Assembly: GCA_030041545.1 (NCBI GenBank)
Contig: JASHNQ010000049.1
Coordinates: forward strand, 32,374 to 96,373
Origin: a candidate division FCPU426 bacterium
GTDB lineage: Bacteria; Oederibacteriota; Muellerivitia; Muellerivitales; Muellerivitaceae
Direction of reading: 5' to 3'
Length of the DNA: 64,000 nucleotides
The notes beneath the pieces were generated by a model, which did no database searches, was not told the origin of the DNA, and saw only the letters and a list, made by a program, of their open reading frames with translations. A program made the translations under genes and the position numbers. Of the stretch, positions 12,618-23,042 are shown piece after piece; position 1 is the stretch's first letter; every line of letters starts with the position of its first letter.

Positions 12618-14084
12618 CTATCCATTGGGCACGAACCAGAGCCGGCCAAACTCCTTTATCTTGACATGGTAATTATTTTTGATTTCCTCCACCACCGGTT
12701 GGGGAAAAAGGTACTGATCGGGGATGTCATACAATTCGATGGTTGAGAACTTCCTTGACCGGATATCCCGGATCAAGGGTTCGGCGCTCCAAACCCCCTT
12801 CTTCACCATGGCCGTGTATTCCGCCGGCTGGATCCAAACTTTTTTGCCGGCCATCACCGGCAAGTCCAGGTCCAGGGCCAAATGGTTTTCCCCGCTTTCA
12901 TATATCTTAGCCGCTTCCTTCTTCATGGCCGCATCCGCCTCAGGCGGCGTTGAGGGCCATTTTCCCGACAGGGCGGAAACAAGAAAGGCCGCGCCTAAAA
13001 GCGCCCTCCCCCAGTCTTGGGCTTTGGGGGAAGGTCGCCAGGAGAGGGCCGGATTCGGGGAAGCGGCACTTGCTTCCCCGACGAAGAAAACGCCATATAG
13101 CAAAAATCCCAGCCAATAGTTTTCGGCTCCTAAGATTCGGCCCAGGGACAAAAGGCTGATAAGGGAACCCACCATTTGGATGCTTAACAACAAAGGAATT
13201 TTTTTCATAACCCACAGGACCACGACGGCGAGAAGAACTATCCCAGCTTCCTTCCAAAAAACCCTGGAAAGGAAATACCAGAAAGCACTCGCGTCGAATC
13301 CCGTGTTCAGCCAGGCCACGGTGTGGTCGTAAAACAAGCCGTGGGTTTGAGCCTGTTCGATTCCAAAAACAAGCGCCAAGGGCGCGATGGAAAAGAGAGC
13401 GTAACTGCCCAGCCGCGCCCATTGGCACCGCGCAAGGCAGTAAATCCCATAAACCGCCCCAAGGGCCAGGGCGTCTTGTTTGACCAGGGCCGCCGCCGCT
13501 GTTAAAAGACCCGCGACGGCGATCCACTTTTTCCCGGAAGGCTGGAGGGAATCCCGGTAAAGCAAAAGGAAGGCGCCGAAGTGGAGAAAAAGGGCCAGGG
13601 TGTCGCACCGCGCCATGGTTCCCCATTCAGCCCAAGTTGGAAAAGTCCAAAGGAGCAGGGTTAAAAAAGCTGCCCAAAGCCTTCCCCAACGCCTCCATCC
13701 CCAAATGGCCAAAAGCATGCCGCATCCCAAATAACCCGCGAAGGCCAGGAACCTACCAGGTTGCCAAACCAAGCCGGCTGCCTTCATCAACCCGGCCTCC
13801 AACCACGAAAACAAAGGTGGATAAACCGAATAAAGATAGGGGCCGCCTTGGGCGCTATCGGGATAAAGGTTGCCACCCCGCAAAAGGATCAAACCTTTTT
13901 CCACGTTGATGGCTTCCCCTTGCTCCACTTGCAGAGGATAGGCCAGCCGATGGCAAAGCATTGGGAGCCCGAAAAGGAAGGCCCATGAGGAAAAAACCAG
14001 GAGGAGTAAAAGAACCGCCTGGGGAAGGGTGAATCCAGCCAAAGAGGAACGGCCTGTCCGAACCGGAGAGTTGGGTTGCGCCAT
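12618..14084 (-). CDS. GT-C-like polytopic membrane protein (putative glycosyltransferase)
   Basis: Multi-TM; first loop 'EQGE...YSVYPPLF', 'ARCDTLA', 'LVKQ' motifs. Start 14084 or 14111. Confidence 0.55.
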   Translation of the reverse strand: MAQPNSPVRTGRSSLAGFTLPQAVLLLLLVFSSWAFLFGLPMLCHRLAYPLQVEQGEAINVEKGLILLRGGNLYPDSAQGGPYLYSVYPPLFSWLEAGLMKAAGLVWQPGRFLAFAGYLGCGMLLAIWGWRRWGRLWAAFLTLLLWTFPTWAEWGTMARCDTLALFLHFGAFLLLYRDSLQPSGKKWIAVAGLLTAAAALVKQDALALGAVYGIYCLARCQWARLGSYALFSIAPLALVFGIEQAQTHGLFYDHTVAWLNTGFDASAFWYFLSRVFWKEAGIVLLAVVVLWVMKKIPLLLSIQMVGSLISLLSLGRILGAENYWLGFLLYGVFFVGEASAASPNPALSWRPSPKAQDWGRALLGAAFLVSALSGKWPSTPPEADAAMKKEAAKIYESGENHLALDLDLPVMAGKKVWIQPAEYTAMVKKGVWSAEPLIRDIRSRKFSTIELYDIPDQYLFPQPVVEEIKNNYHVKIKEFGRLWFVPNG

Positions 14085-14100
14085 CTTCGGCCCCCTTCGG

Positions 14101-15393
14101 TTATTCGACAATCATGCCTGCGGCAACTGTATTATTGTTGAGTTCGTCCATGAGGATAAAACTACCCGTAGCCCGATTGCGGGCGTAAGGATCGAAACAG
14201 ATAGGCTTAAGAGTCTGAAACTCGACCAGAGCTATGTCGTTCAATGTCAACGCTTGAGTACTCATCTTATCCAACGTTTTCATGTCTCGGACCCACCGAA
14301 TTCTCAACACCATGGCCTTAACTTCGGCGGTGGCCAATTTCAATAAATACTTGTCCTTCAACATTAGAGGTTCTTTAACCATCCAACACAAATAAGCCTC
14401 AAAACGATTTTGACAACGTGATTCATTACCGGGATAAATCAACATGTCCCCCCGGGAAATGTCGATCTCATTGGAGAGCCGGAGGGTCACACTCATGGGT
14501 GGGACCGCCTCATCCACTTCCCCCTCGAAGGTATCGATGGCCTTGATAGTAGAGGTCACACCGGAAGGCAGCGATATGATTTTCTGCCCCTTCCGCGCGA
14601 TGCCGGAGGCGATTTTGCCCGCGAAACCCCTGTAATCCGGGTTGGGCCGCAACACCAATTGGACGGGAAAGCGGAAATCGTCCAGGTTCCGGTCCCTGGC
14701 GATCTCGACGGTTTCCAGGTGGTCCAAAAGGGCCTTCCCGGAATACCAAGGGGTCGCGGCGCTTTTAACCGTAACGTTGTCCCCCTTGAGGGCCGAAATG
14801 GGGATAAAAACAAGGTCTTGCACCGAGGACCTTCCCGGATGCTCGCCGGAAAGTTCTTTAAAGAAAGCCTCGTAATCGCTTTTGATCTTTTCAAAGACGT
14901 CCTGTTTGAAATCAACTAAATCCATTTTGTTGATGGCCACCACGATATGGGGGATGCCCAGGAGCTTGGCGATATATCCATGCCGTTTGGACTGAACCAT
15001 CACCCCGTTGCGGGCGTCGATGAGGATAATGGCCAAATCGGCCGTGGAAGCGCCGGTGACCATGTTGCGGGTGTACTGCTCGTGGCCCGGCGTGTCCGCG
15101 ATGATGAACTTGCGCTTGGCCGTGGTGAAATACCGGTAGGCCACGTCGATGGTAATGCCCTGTTCCCGTTCCGCGGCCAACCCATCGGTGATCAGCGCGA
15201 AATCAATGTCGTCCCCCCCTTTTTTTTGGGTGGTCTTGCGGATGGCCTCCAGCTGGTCCTCGAAAACACCCTTGGAGTCGTAAAGCAGCCGCCCGATGAG
15301 GGTGGATTTGCCGTCATCCACCGATCCCGCGGTGGTGAGGCGCAAAAGGTCCATTTTTTCGTAGTTGAGAAGGGTTTTGGCGTCAAGGGTCAA
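14101..15393 (-). CDS. cysN: Sulfate adenylyltransferase subunit 1 (no APS-kinase domain)
   Basis: [50 protein letters not shown]. Confidence 0.95.
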   Translation of the reverse strand: MTLDAKTLLNYEKMDLLRLTTAGSVDDGKSTLIGRLLYDSKGVFEDQLEAIRKTTQKKGGDDIDFALITDGLAAEREQGITIDVAYRYFTTAKRKFIIADTPGHEQYTRNMVTGASTADLAIILIDARNGVMVQSKRHGYIAKLLGIPHIVVAINKMDLVDFKQDVFEKIKSDYEAFFKELSGEHPGRSSVQDLVFIPISALKGDNVTVKSAATPWYSGKALLDHLETVEIARDRNLDDFRFPVQLVLRPNPDYRGFAGKIASGIARKGQKIISLPSGVTSTIKAIDTFEGEVDEAVPPMSVTLRLSNEIDISRGDMLIYPGNESRCQNRFEAYLCWMVKEPLMLKDKYLLKLATAEVKAMVLRIRWVRDMKTLDKMSTQALTLNDIALVEFQTLKPICFDPYARNRATGSFILMDELNNNTVAAGMIVE

Positions 15394-16313
15394 AAATAGC
15401 CTTCCTTTTTCTTCTGTTCCATGGAACTGTCGGAACCGTGGTCGATGATCCGGTTTTCCCTTTCGCTTTTGCGGGTCGAAATGAGGTCCTCAATAATGCC
15501 CCTCAGGTCGTGTACCTCAGGGTTGGATTGGATGGCCCCGGTACAGGACATGCAGCCGAGGGACCGGAATCTTACCCGCATGTCCTTGACCTCGTCCCCT
15601 GGCAGGATGGGGATATGGGAAACCCAGGGAATCAGCAGTTCCTTGCGTTTGATGATCTTGCGGGTGTGGGTGAAGTAGATAGGAACAACGGGGATCTTTT
15701 CCATCTCGATGTAGAGCCATATGTCCAGCTCGGTCCAGTTGGAGAGCGGGAAAACCCGGATGGATTCCCCCTCGTTGATCTTGGAGTTGTAGAGGTCCCA
15801 CAATTCAGGCCGCTGGTTCTTGGGGTCCCACTGGCCGAAGGAGTCCCGGAAGGAATAAACCCTTTCCTTGGCCCGGGATTTCTCCTCTTCCCGCCGGGCA
15901 CCGCCAAAAGCGGCGTCAAACCCGTGCTTGTTCAGCCCGTCCAAAAGGCCCTGGGTCTTAAGAAGGCCACAGCATTTCTGTACCCCATATTTAAAAGGGC
16001 TGGAACCCGCCGCGATGGCCTCCTCATTGCGTTCCACGATCAATTTGGCGCCGATTTCCTGGACGAACTTGTCCCGGAACTCGTACATCTCGGGGAATTT
16101 ATAGCCCGTATCCACGTGCATCAGGGGAAAGGGGATTTTGCCGGGGTGGAAAGCCTTCTGGGCCAGGCGCACCATGCAGCTGGAGTCCTTGCCCACGGAA
16201 TAAAGCATGACCGGGTTTTTGAACTCGGCCGCCACCTCCCGGATGATGTAAATACTCTCCGCTTCGAGCTGCTTGAGATGGGATAGGGTTTTGGAATCGG
16301 TTAAGGTCGGCAT
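15390..16313 (-). CDS. cysD: Sulfate adenylyltransferase subunit 2
   Basis: [51 protein letters not shown]. Confidence 0.96.
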   Translation of the reverse strand: MPTLTDSKTLSHLKQLEAESIYIIREVAAEFKNPVMLYSVGKDSSCMVRLAQKAFHPGKIPFPLMHVDTGYKFPEMYEFRDKFVQEIGAKLIVERNEEAIAAGSSPFKYGVQKCCGLLKTQGLLDGLNKHGFDAAFGGARREEEKSRAKERVYSFRDSFGQWDPKNQRPELWDLYNSKINEGESIRVFPLSNWTELDIWLYIEMEKIPVVPIYFTHTRKIIKRKELLIPWVSHIPILPGDEVKDMRVRFRSLGCMSCTGAIQSNPEVHDLRGIIEDLISTRKSERENRIIDHGSDSSMEQKKKEGYF

Positions 16314-16467
16314 CTTTCTCTCGTTTTCATCGTTTTGGGGCCATTATTCGGATTTTAGGGACTTAAAATCCAGGGCCGGGCCAAAAGTCCAACAAAAATA
16401 CACTGTTCCACGGTTTTCCTCAACGCAAAAGCCCCGAATAAGCGGCAATTCTAGCCGAGGTATCCCC

Positions 16468-16905
16468 GGTTTTTGAGAATCTCAAAAAAGGGGGCTTAGC
16501 GGAGACCCAGGCACCGCAAGGTTTTTGAGAGTCTCAAAAAATGGGTTTTGACAGAGACTGGGGCACCCCCACAGTTTTTGAGACTCTCAAAAAATGGGCC
16601 TTAGTAGAGGCCGGGGCATCCCCTGGTTTTTGAGACTCTCAAAAAAAGAGTTTTGATAGAGACGGGGACACCCCACAGTTTTAGAGAATCTCTAAAACTG
16701 GGTTTTGATAGAGGCCCGGGTACCCCATGGTTTTTTGAGAATCTCAAAAAATGGGCCTTAGTAGAGGCCCGGGCACCCCCCGGTTTTTGAGACTCTCAAA
16801 AAAAGAGTTTTGATAGAGACAGGGACACCCCACAGTTTTAGAGAATCTCTAAAACTGGCTCTTGGTGAAGGCCAGGGCACCCCTCGGTTTTAGAGAATCT
16901 CAAAT
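16468..16905. repeat. Array of nine palindromes TTTT(T/A)GAGA-N-TCTC(A/T)AAAA at 52-53 bp period
   Basis: Palindrome centres at 16479, 16531, 16584, 16636, 16688, 16741, 16793, 16845 and 16897. The linkers resemble each other; units 3-5 are repeated as units 6-8 at a 157-bp offset. Confidence 0.92.
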
Positions 16906-16975
16906 TCGGGGTATCCCCCACCCTTCCCGGATGCCGCCTTCCGCACCCCCGCTTTAGGCCGGTTCCGCCAAAGTT

Positions 16976-18022
16976 TTACGGTTGTATTGGAAACACGTGG
17001 AAAGCCGTGATGGCGGCGTAAACCTCCTGGCCTTCCTTGAAGCCGCTGGCCAGGGCCACCCCCTTGGGGACTTGGGCGGAGATTGTTTTGTCTTCCCCGA
17101 TATCCAGCTTGTATTCGATCACCGTACCCCTAAAACGGGTCTTGGCGATCTTGGCCCTCACCTGCAGGGTCTCAAACTGGGCGGTGACGTAAACGTCGTT
17201 GGGGCGGAAGTAAATACGGATTTTCTGGTTCACCGGCAGGCCAGGGTTTACGGAAAAGCGGAAAGGGCCCCACACGGCCAATCCCTTTTCCGATATTTCG
17301 GTGTCGATGTAGTTGGTCTCGCCCACGAATTGGGCGATGAAATGGGTGGCGGGCTCATCGAAAATCTCGATGGGTGTGCCGTCCTGTTCGATCTCCCCGT
17401 GGTTCATGATGAGGATGCGGCTGGCCACTTCCATGGCCTCTTGCTGGTCATGGGTGACGAAAAGAGTGGTCATATTGGTCTCCTCATGGAGCCTCAAGAT
17501 CCACTCCCGCAGTTCCTCCCTCACCTTGGCGTCCAGGGCTCCGAAAGGCTCGTCCAAGAGCAAAACCTCGGGCCGGGGGGCCAGGGCCCTCGCCACGGCC
17601 ACCCGCTGGCGCTGGCCACCGGAGAGCTGGGAAGGATAGCGTTTTTCGTACCCGGTGAGCTGGATCAGGTCCAAAAGCTCGAAAACCCTGTTCCGGACTT
17701 CATCCTCCTTTTGTTTGCGAACCCGCAAGCCGAAGGCGATGTTCTCGAACACGGTCATGTGCTTGAAAAGGGCATAGTGCTGGAACACGAAGCCCACGTT
17801 GCGTTCCTTGGCCGAGGCATAGGTGGCTTCCCGTCCGGTCAGGTGGATCTCCCCTGAATCCGGCACCTCGAGGCCCGCGATCATCCGAAGCAGGGTGCTC
17901 TTCCCCGACCCCGAAGGGCCTAAAAGCGCGGTCAGGGAACCCGTCTCCAGCTTCGCGCTCACGTTATGGACGGCCTTGAAGCCGTTGTAATGCTTGGTCA
18001 GGCCCCGCACTTCGATGCTCAT
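16976..18022 (-). CDS. cysA: Sulfate ABC transporter ATP-binding protein
   Basis: [52 protein letters not shown] and a TOBE-like C-terminus. Confidence 0.93.
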   Translation of the reverse strand: MSIEVRGLTKHYNGFKAVHNVSAKLETGSLTALLGPSGSGKSTLLRMIAGLEVPDSGEIHLTGREATYASAKERNVGFVFQHYALFKHMTVFENIAFGLRVRKQKEDEVRNRVFELLDLIQLTGYEKRYPSQLSGGQRQRVAVARALAPRPEVLLLDEPFGALDAKVREELREWILRLHEETNMTTLFVTHDQQEAMEVASRILIMNHGEIEQDGTPIEIFDEPATHFIAQFVGETNYIDTEISEKGLAVWGPFRFSVNPGLPVNQKIRIYFRPNDVYVTAQFETLQVRAKIAKTRFRGTVIEYKLDIGEDKTISAQVPKGVALASGFKEGQEVYAAITAFHVFPIQP

Positions 18023-18927
18023 GGGAGCTCGCTTTCAAAGCGCGGCGGCAGGACCTGGCGCTCTTTTTCGTACTTCAAGCCTACTAGCGTTTTGGCGATC
18101 AGGGTGAGGACGGCCAAAAAGGTCAAAAGGGAGGCCACGGCGAAAGCCGCCGTAAAGTCATAGTCGTTATAAAGAATTTCTACATGTAAGGGCAGCGTAT
18201 TGGTCAAACCCCGGATATGCCCCGAAACCACGGACACCGCCCCGAATTCCCCCATGGCCCTGGCGTTGCACAGGATGACCCCGTAAAGCAGGCCCCATTG
18301 GATGTTGGGCAGGGTCACCCTCCAGAAAATCTGCCAGCCATTGGCGCCTAAAACCATCGCCGCCTCTTCCTCTTCCGAACCTTGTTCTTGCATGAGGGGG
18401 ATAAGTTCCCGGGAAATGAAGGGGAAGGTCACGAAAATCGTGGCCAGCACGATCCCTGGAAGGGCGAAGATGATGTGCAGGTTGTGGGCCTGTAGCCAGG
18501 GTCCCAGCAACCCCTGCAGGCCAAACAGGAGGACGTAAACGAGGCCCGAAACCACCGGCGAGACCGTGAAAGGAAGGTCGATAAGGGTAATCAAAAGGTT
18601 TTTGCCCGGAAAACTAAATTTAGTAATAGCCCAAGCGGACACTATCCCAAAAGCCGAATTGAACCACACGGAAAAGAATGCCGCGATAAGGGTTAGTTTG
18701 ACGGCCGAAAGGGCGTCCGGCTCGCGGATCGCTCCAAAATAATAAGAGAACCCCTTATTCAACGCGGAAGTGAAAACCTCCGCCAGGGGCACCAGCAGGA
18801 ATAAGGCGATAAAAAGCAGGGCCACGGTAATGAGGATCCAACGGACCCACCGGGTTTCGGTCAAAGCGCGGGCCGGATCGGTTTTCCGGTCCCCTTTTAC
18901 GCTCACAATGAGTGTTTCTTGGGTCAC
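18019..18927 (-). CDS. cysW: Sulfate ABC transporter permease
   Basis: [50 protein letters not shown]. Confidence 0.93.
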   Translation of the reverse strand: MTQETLIVSVKGDRKTDPARALTETRWVRWILITVALLFIALFLLVPLAEVFTSALNKGFSYYFGAIREPDALSAVKLTLIAAFFSVWFNSAFGIVSAWAITKFSFPGKNLLITLIDLPFTVSPVVSGLVYVLLFGLQGLLGPWLQAHNLHIIFALPGIVLATIFVTFPFISRELIPLMQEQGSEEEEAAMVLGANGWQIFWRVTLPNIQWGLLYGVILCNARAMGEFGAVSVVSGHIRGLTNTLPLHVEILYNDYDFTAAFAVASLLTFLAVLTLIAKTLVGLKYEKERQVLPPRFESELP

Positions 18928-18936
18928 GTGGTTTCC

Positions 18937-19767
18937 TTAATGGATCCGGTGCAAACCTGTCCGCGATTGCAACCAGTTGATGGTCAAAAGCAGGGTGAAG
19001 GAAATCGCCAGCATAACCACCCCGATCGAGGTGGCCCCGGCGTAATCGTATTGCTCCAGCTTGGTGATGATCAAAAGGGGAGTGATTTCGGTTTTCATGG
19101 GCATGTTGCCGGCGATGAAGACCACCGACCCGTATTCCCCCACTCCCCGGGCAAAAGCCAGGGAAAAACCCGTTATCCAAGCCGGGACCAGGGTGGGAAG
19201 AATAACCCTGGTAACGGTATACCAACGGTTGGCGCCCAAGCTGACCGCCGCCTTTTCCGTTTCCAAGTCCAAGGACTCAAGGACGGGTTGGAGTGTGCGA
19301 ACGACAAAAGGCAGGCCGATGAAGGTCAAAGCCACGACAACGCCCAGGGGAGTGTAAGCCACGGAAATCCCCAAAGGCTGGAGGCATTTCCCAATCCATC
19401 CATTTGGGGCGTAAATTGCCGTCAGGGTGATTCCCGCCACGGCCGTGGGCAGGGCAAAGGGTAAATCCACCATCGCGTCCACCAGTTTTCGGCCCGGGAA
19501 TTCATAACGGACGAGGACCCAGGCCACCACTGCCCCGAAGATGGAATTGATGATAGCTCCCACAAGGGAGGCCCCGAAGGTCAGCCGATAAGAGGCTAAA
19601 ACGCGGGGGCTGGTGACTTCCTGGACAAACTGGGCCCAGGTGAGGGTGACGGATTTCAGGATGAGGGCGGCCAAGGGGATGAGGACGATCAAGCCCAAGT
19701 AAGTCAGCGTAAAACCCATGGTCAGACCAAAACCCGGCAAAACGCCGGGAGAATTCCTAATTTTCAT
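18937..19767 (-). CDS. cysT: Sulfate ABC transporter permease
   Basis: VLPGFGLTMG, VDLPFALPTAVAG, GEYGSVVFIAGNMPMKTEI. The ATG at 19767 overlaps the HPr stop (ATGA). Confidence 0.93.
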   Translation of the reverse strand: MKIRNSPGVLPGFGLTMGFTLTYLGLIVLIPLAALILKSVTLTWAQFVQEVTSPRVLASYRLTFGASLVGAIINSIFGAVVAWVLVRYEFPGRKLVDAMVDLPFALPTAVAGITLTAIYAPNGWIGKCLQPLGISVAYTPLGVVVALTFIGLPFVVRTLQPVLESLDLETEKAAVSLGANRWYTVTRVILPTLVPAWITGFSLAFARGVGEYGSVVFIAGNMPMKTEITPLLIITKLEQYDYAGATSIGVVMLAISFTLLLTINWLQSRTGLHRIH

Positions 19768-20036
19768 TTTTCGCTTTTTCCCCATCCCCTCAATAATTCA
19801 CTGATAGCCCGAATGGCCTCGGAAGCATCATCTCCATCGGCCGAAAACTCCAGTACCGTACCATAAATGGCTCCCAGCGTTAATAGTTCCAAAAGGCTCT
19901 TGGCATTCACGGGTAAACCGCCGTTGGAAACCAGGATACGGCTTTTAAACCGGCTGGCGGTCCTCACCAATTCCGCCCCGGCCCTCAAGTGCATGCCCAA
20001 CCGGTGGAGAATTGGAATTTTTTCAATGTTCTTCAT
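19764..20036 (-). CDS. HPr-family phosphocarrier protein
   Basis: LGMHLRA (His15 site), ASRFKSRI, VNAKSLLELLTLG (Ser46 site), SADGDDASEAI. AAGGAG RBS before ATG 20036. Confidence 0.85.
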   Translation of the reverse strand: MKNIEKIPILHRLGMHLRAGAELVRTASRFKSRILVSNGGLPVNAKSLLELLTLGAIYGTVLEFSADGDDASEAIRAISELLRGWGKSEK

Positions 20037-20149
20037 GGGATCTCCTTGGACCCCGCAAAAGGGTTTCTGAAATGCAGGGTGGATATCCATGGGCCCCTTA
20101 AGTTTGGAAAAAAACGGACTACGGAGAAAGCCTTTTCCCCGCGTCCTCT

Positions 20150-21169
20150 TTATTTTGATCCCGGCTGGTAAATCCGGTCGAAAACGCCGCCGTCTCCGAA
20201 AAAAGCGGACTGGGCCTTTTTCCAGCCTCCAAAAACCTTATCGATGGTGAAAAGCTTGATCTTGGGAAATTGTTGGGCGTACCGGGCCGCCACTTTCTTG
20301 TCCCGTGGCCGGTAATAGTTGCGGGCCGCAACATCCTGGCCTTCGGGTGAATAGAGGTATTCCAGGTAGGCCTTGGCCACTTCGGCGGTGCCGTGCTTTT
20401 CGGTGTTCTCGTCCACCCAGGCGACCGCGGGTTCGGCCAGGATACTGGTGGAAGGCGCCACGATTTCGAAGTTCCCCTGCCCAAGTTCCCCAATAGCCAG
20501 GTGCGCCTCATTCTCCCAAGCGATCAAAACGTCCCCGATTCCCCGTTCGACGAAGGTGGTGGTGGAACCCCGGGCTCCCGAGTCCAGGACCGCCACGTTC
20601 TTGTAGAGCTTGGCGACGAACTCGCGGGCCTTGTCCTCACTGCCGTACTTCCTTAAGGCATAGCCCCAAGCCGCCAGGAAGTTCCACCGGGCCCCACCGG
20701 AGGTTTTAGGATTGGGGGTGATGACCGACACGTCCGGCCGCGCCAAGTCATCCCAATCCTTGATATGCTTGGGGTTGCCCCTCCGGACCAAAAAAACGAT
20801 GGTGGAAGTATAAGGAGCACTGTTGTCGGGCAGCCTTTTCTGCCAATCCGCCGGCAGCAGTTGGGCCTTGGAAGCGATGGCGTCGATATCCCCGGCCAGG
20901 CCCAGGGTCGCCACGTCGGCCTCCAACCCATCAATGATGGCCCGGGCCTGCTTGCCCGAGCCGCCATTGGAGACGTTGACAACCACGTCCTGGCCCATCT
21001 TTTGCTTCCAGTAGTCGGCGAAAACCTTGTCGTAATCCTGGTAAAGCTCCCTCGTCGGGTCATAAGACACGTTTAAAAGGCTGACTGGGCCAGCGCCCTG
21101 GTTTTGGGCCAGGGCGCTTCCGGCGACAGCAAGAAAAAGGGTGATGGCTATTTGCTTAAACAGTTTCAT
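20150..21169 (-). CDS. sbp: Sulfate-binding periplasmic protein
   Basis: Signal peptide, [40 protein letters not shown]. Confidence 0.95.
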   Translation of the reverse strand: MKLFKQIAITLFLAVAGSALAQNQGAGPVSLLNVSYDPTRELYQDYDKVFADYWKQKMGQDVVVNVSNGGSGKQARAIIDGLEADVATLGLAGDIDAIASKAQLLPADWQKRLPDNSAPYTSTIVFLVRRGNPKHIKDWDDLARPDVSVITPNPKTSGGARWNFLAAWGYALRKYGSEDKAREFVAKLYKNVAVLDSGARGSTTTFVERGIGDVLIAWENEAHLAIGELGQGNFEIVAPSTSILAEPAVAWVDENTEKHGTAEVAKAYLEYLYSPEGQDVAARNYYRPRDKKVAARYAQQFPKIKLFTIDKVFGGWKKAQSAFFGDGGVFDRIYQPGSK

Positions 21170-21193
21170 GGCAAACTCCTCTTTTAAACCGAT

Positions 21194-22690
21194 TTAGAAG
21201 TTCGCTTGGGCCCGGACGGTAAAAACGTCCTCCGGCAAAAGGCTGGTGAGCGCTTTGGTTCCGGGAACCTGGAGCCCTTCCACGAAATTCGTCTGTTCGA
21301 AGTCGAAGACCAGCTTGAAGTGGGGGTTGAAAATCCAGTTCAAGCCGGCGCCGTAAGCCGTCGCCTGTTGGGCTGAGTTGGTGGCGGCCAGGTTGGTGGC
21401 GGCCGATGCGCTGAAGCTGTTGGGGTCCAGTGTCAGTTGGTGGACGCGGACCGCCACTTCCAGGGCGCCCCATTGGCCCTTGCGCAGGTCCAGGTCCTTA
21501 TCCGCGACAGCCCCAAGAAAAGAGGCCTTTCCGCCGATGACCCAGGATGCCGCCAGCTGCCAGGCCCGGTGGGTCAAGGCAACGGCATCGGCCTTGCTGA
21601 AGCCCACGTCCTGGATCGACTGGACGTATTCGCCCAGTAACCCGAAGGGGCCGTTGGAAAAATAACCCTGGGGGGACCAATGGTAAAAATCCCCCTGGGG
21701 TGAAACGCCCGTGCGGTAGGCGAAAAACTGCTGCTGGCCCAGGGAAGTGACGAAATAATTGGGATAGGCGTTGGAGTTCCAATTCACGTTCCAGGCCCAG
21801 GAACCCGATAGGCCGAACCCCAAGCCTTTTAGGAAGGAGTCCTCCGAATCGAAGGGGGTTAAATAAACCCGCCCCGTGGACTCCCGGCCGTTGGTCAGGG
21901 ATTGGTCGGCGGCGTTGTTGGGCGTCAAGTTATCCGGCGTGCCGTTGGTCAGGGCCACGGAATAATTGACCCCGTTCCAAGGGCTGCCCGTGGCTTCCAC
22001 GCCCAAATCGCGGTTGGGCACCAGGTCGGTTGGCAAGGCCCTTTCCACGAAAAGATTGTCCGTATCGTTTTGCAGCCTTTCCAAGCCCACCGGCACCTTG
22101 AACTTACCCGCTTGGAACTGCAAGGCCGGGTCGGCCTTGATGAAGGCATAGGCGTCCTGGATGGCATAGCCCGTGGATCCCAATTCGGCCTGGTAACGGA
22201 ATCCCACCAAGTGGTCGAAAAGGGCGATGAGGTCCAGCCTGGTTTTACGGTTCAAAAAAGTGCTGGCGGACTTGTTGGTGGTGGCCCCGGAAGCCCCCAA
22301 TTCCGGTTCAGCGGTGCTGCCAATGGGCACATAATCGTAATAAGATGAATTGGGTTGGAAATAATCCCGGTAATCTTCCTGGACCACCCCACCGATCTTG
22401 AGAACCACATCCCCTTGGGAATCGGACAGGTCCACGTAGTTGTGCTCAACACTCAAAACCACGGCCTGCTTTTCCAACAAGGCAAGGTGGTTATTGAGCC
22501 CTTCCAACCCCGCGACGGGCGTTACGGTGGGAGTAGCCGACTCGTCATTGCCGCCCGAAGGCGCCGTGGCGGCCGTGGGCGTGGAGGCGTTTGGGCCACC
22601 GGTCGAATTATCCGCCCAAACTCCCGTCGACCCAAGGATTACAGCCCCAACCGAAACGGCTAAAGCAAATACCGACTTTCTTTTTTCCAT
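21194..22690 (-). CDS. OprO/OprP-family anion-selective porin
   Basis: Signal peptide, GKFKVPVGLERLQ, FVERALPTDLVPNRDLG, GQWGALEVAVR and terminal Phe (RAQANF); directly upstream of sbp. Confidence 0.82.
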   Translation of the reverse strand: MEKRKSVFALAVSVGAVILGSTGVWADNSTGGPNASTPTAATAPSGGNDESATPTVTPVAGLEGLNNHLALLEKQAVVLSVEHNYVDLSDSQGDVVLKIGGVVQEDYRDYFQPNSSYYDYVPIGSTAEPELGASGATTNKSASTFLNRKTRLDLIALFDHLVGFRYQAELGSTGYAIQDAYAFIKADPALQFQAGKFKVPVGLERLQNDTDNLFVERALPTDLVPNRDLGVEATGSPWNGVNYSVALTNGTPDNLTPNNAADQSLTNGRESTGRVYLTPFDSEDSFLKGLGFGLSGSWAWNVNWNSNAYPNYFVTSLGQQQFFAYRTGVSPQGDFYHWSPQGYFSNGPFGLLGEYVQSIQDVGFSKADAVALTHRAWQLAASWVIGGKASFLGAVADKDLDLRKGQWGALEVAVRVHQLTLDPNSFSASAATNLAATNSAQQATAYGAGLNWIFNPHFKLVFDFEQTNFVEGLQVPGTKALTSLLPEDVFTVRAQANF

Positions 22691-22804
22691 GACAAACCCC
22701 TTTTAAAGTTTTTTTCCCTGTTTTTATCGCGGAGGATGCCGCTCGGGGTCTTACGGATTCCCAGACCCCGCCTTCCAGCGGGTTGGGATTCAAAAAATCC
22801 GAAG

Positions 22805-22874
22805 ACCGCTTTAGCGCCCTGTTTGGTCTCTTTCGAAACACCGGTCGGGGCAAGTTGGCAATTAAATCCCACCG
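22805..22874 (-). promoter_or_regulatory. SAM-II-like riboswitch aptamer candidate (copy C), upstream of porin-sbp-cysTWA
   Basis: CGGTGGG-ATTTAA...CAACTTGC-CCCGACCG-[hairpin]-AACAGGGCGCTAAAGCGG. It has the SAM-II core (GAUUUAA, UUGC, GCUAAA). Confidence 0.65.
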
Positions 22875-22932
22875 TAAAACTTTTAAACTTCGAACCCTTC
22901 AATCACCTCCCTAATCAAAATCCAACCCACAT

Positions 22933-23022
22933 CCAGCGCAAAGCCGCCAAGACGCCAAGAAAGTCAAAATTTTCTGTTTCAAGGCCGAAGCTTTTCTTGG
23001 AGCCTTTGCATCTTCGCGCTGG
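22933..23022. repeat. REP-like imperfect inverted repeat downstream of the peroxiredoxin
   Basis: ccagcgcaaagccgccaagacgccaag ... cttggagcctttgcatcttcgcgctgg. Confidence 0.45.
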
Positions 23023-23042
23023 CTTTGGGTTAGCCGTTTTTT

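Noticed and set aside
16468-16905. CRISPR array (GTTTTAGAG recalls type II repeats)
   Set aside because: The linkers are similar to one another and two are near-duplicates. The repeat is only about 19-25 bp and variable, and no cas genes are in the window.
16468-16905. Repeat-protein coding region
   Set aside because: Periods of 52, 53 and 157 bp are not multiples of three, and no ORF spans the array.
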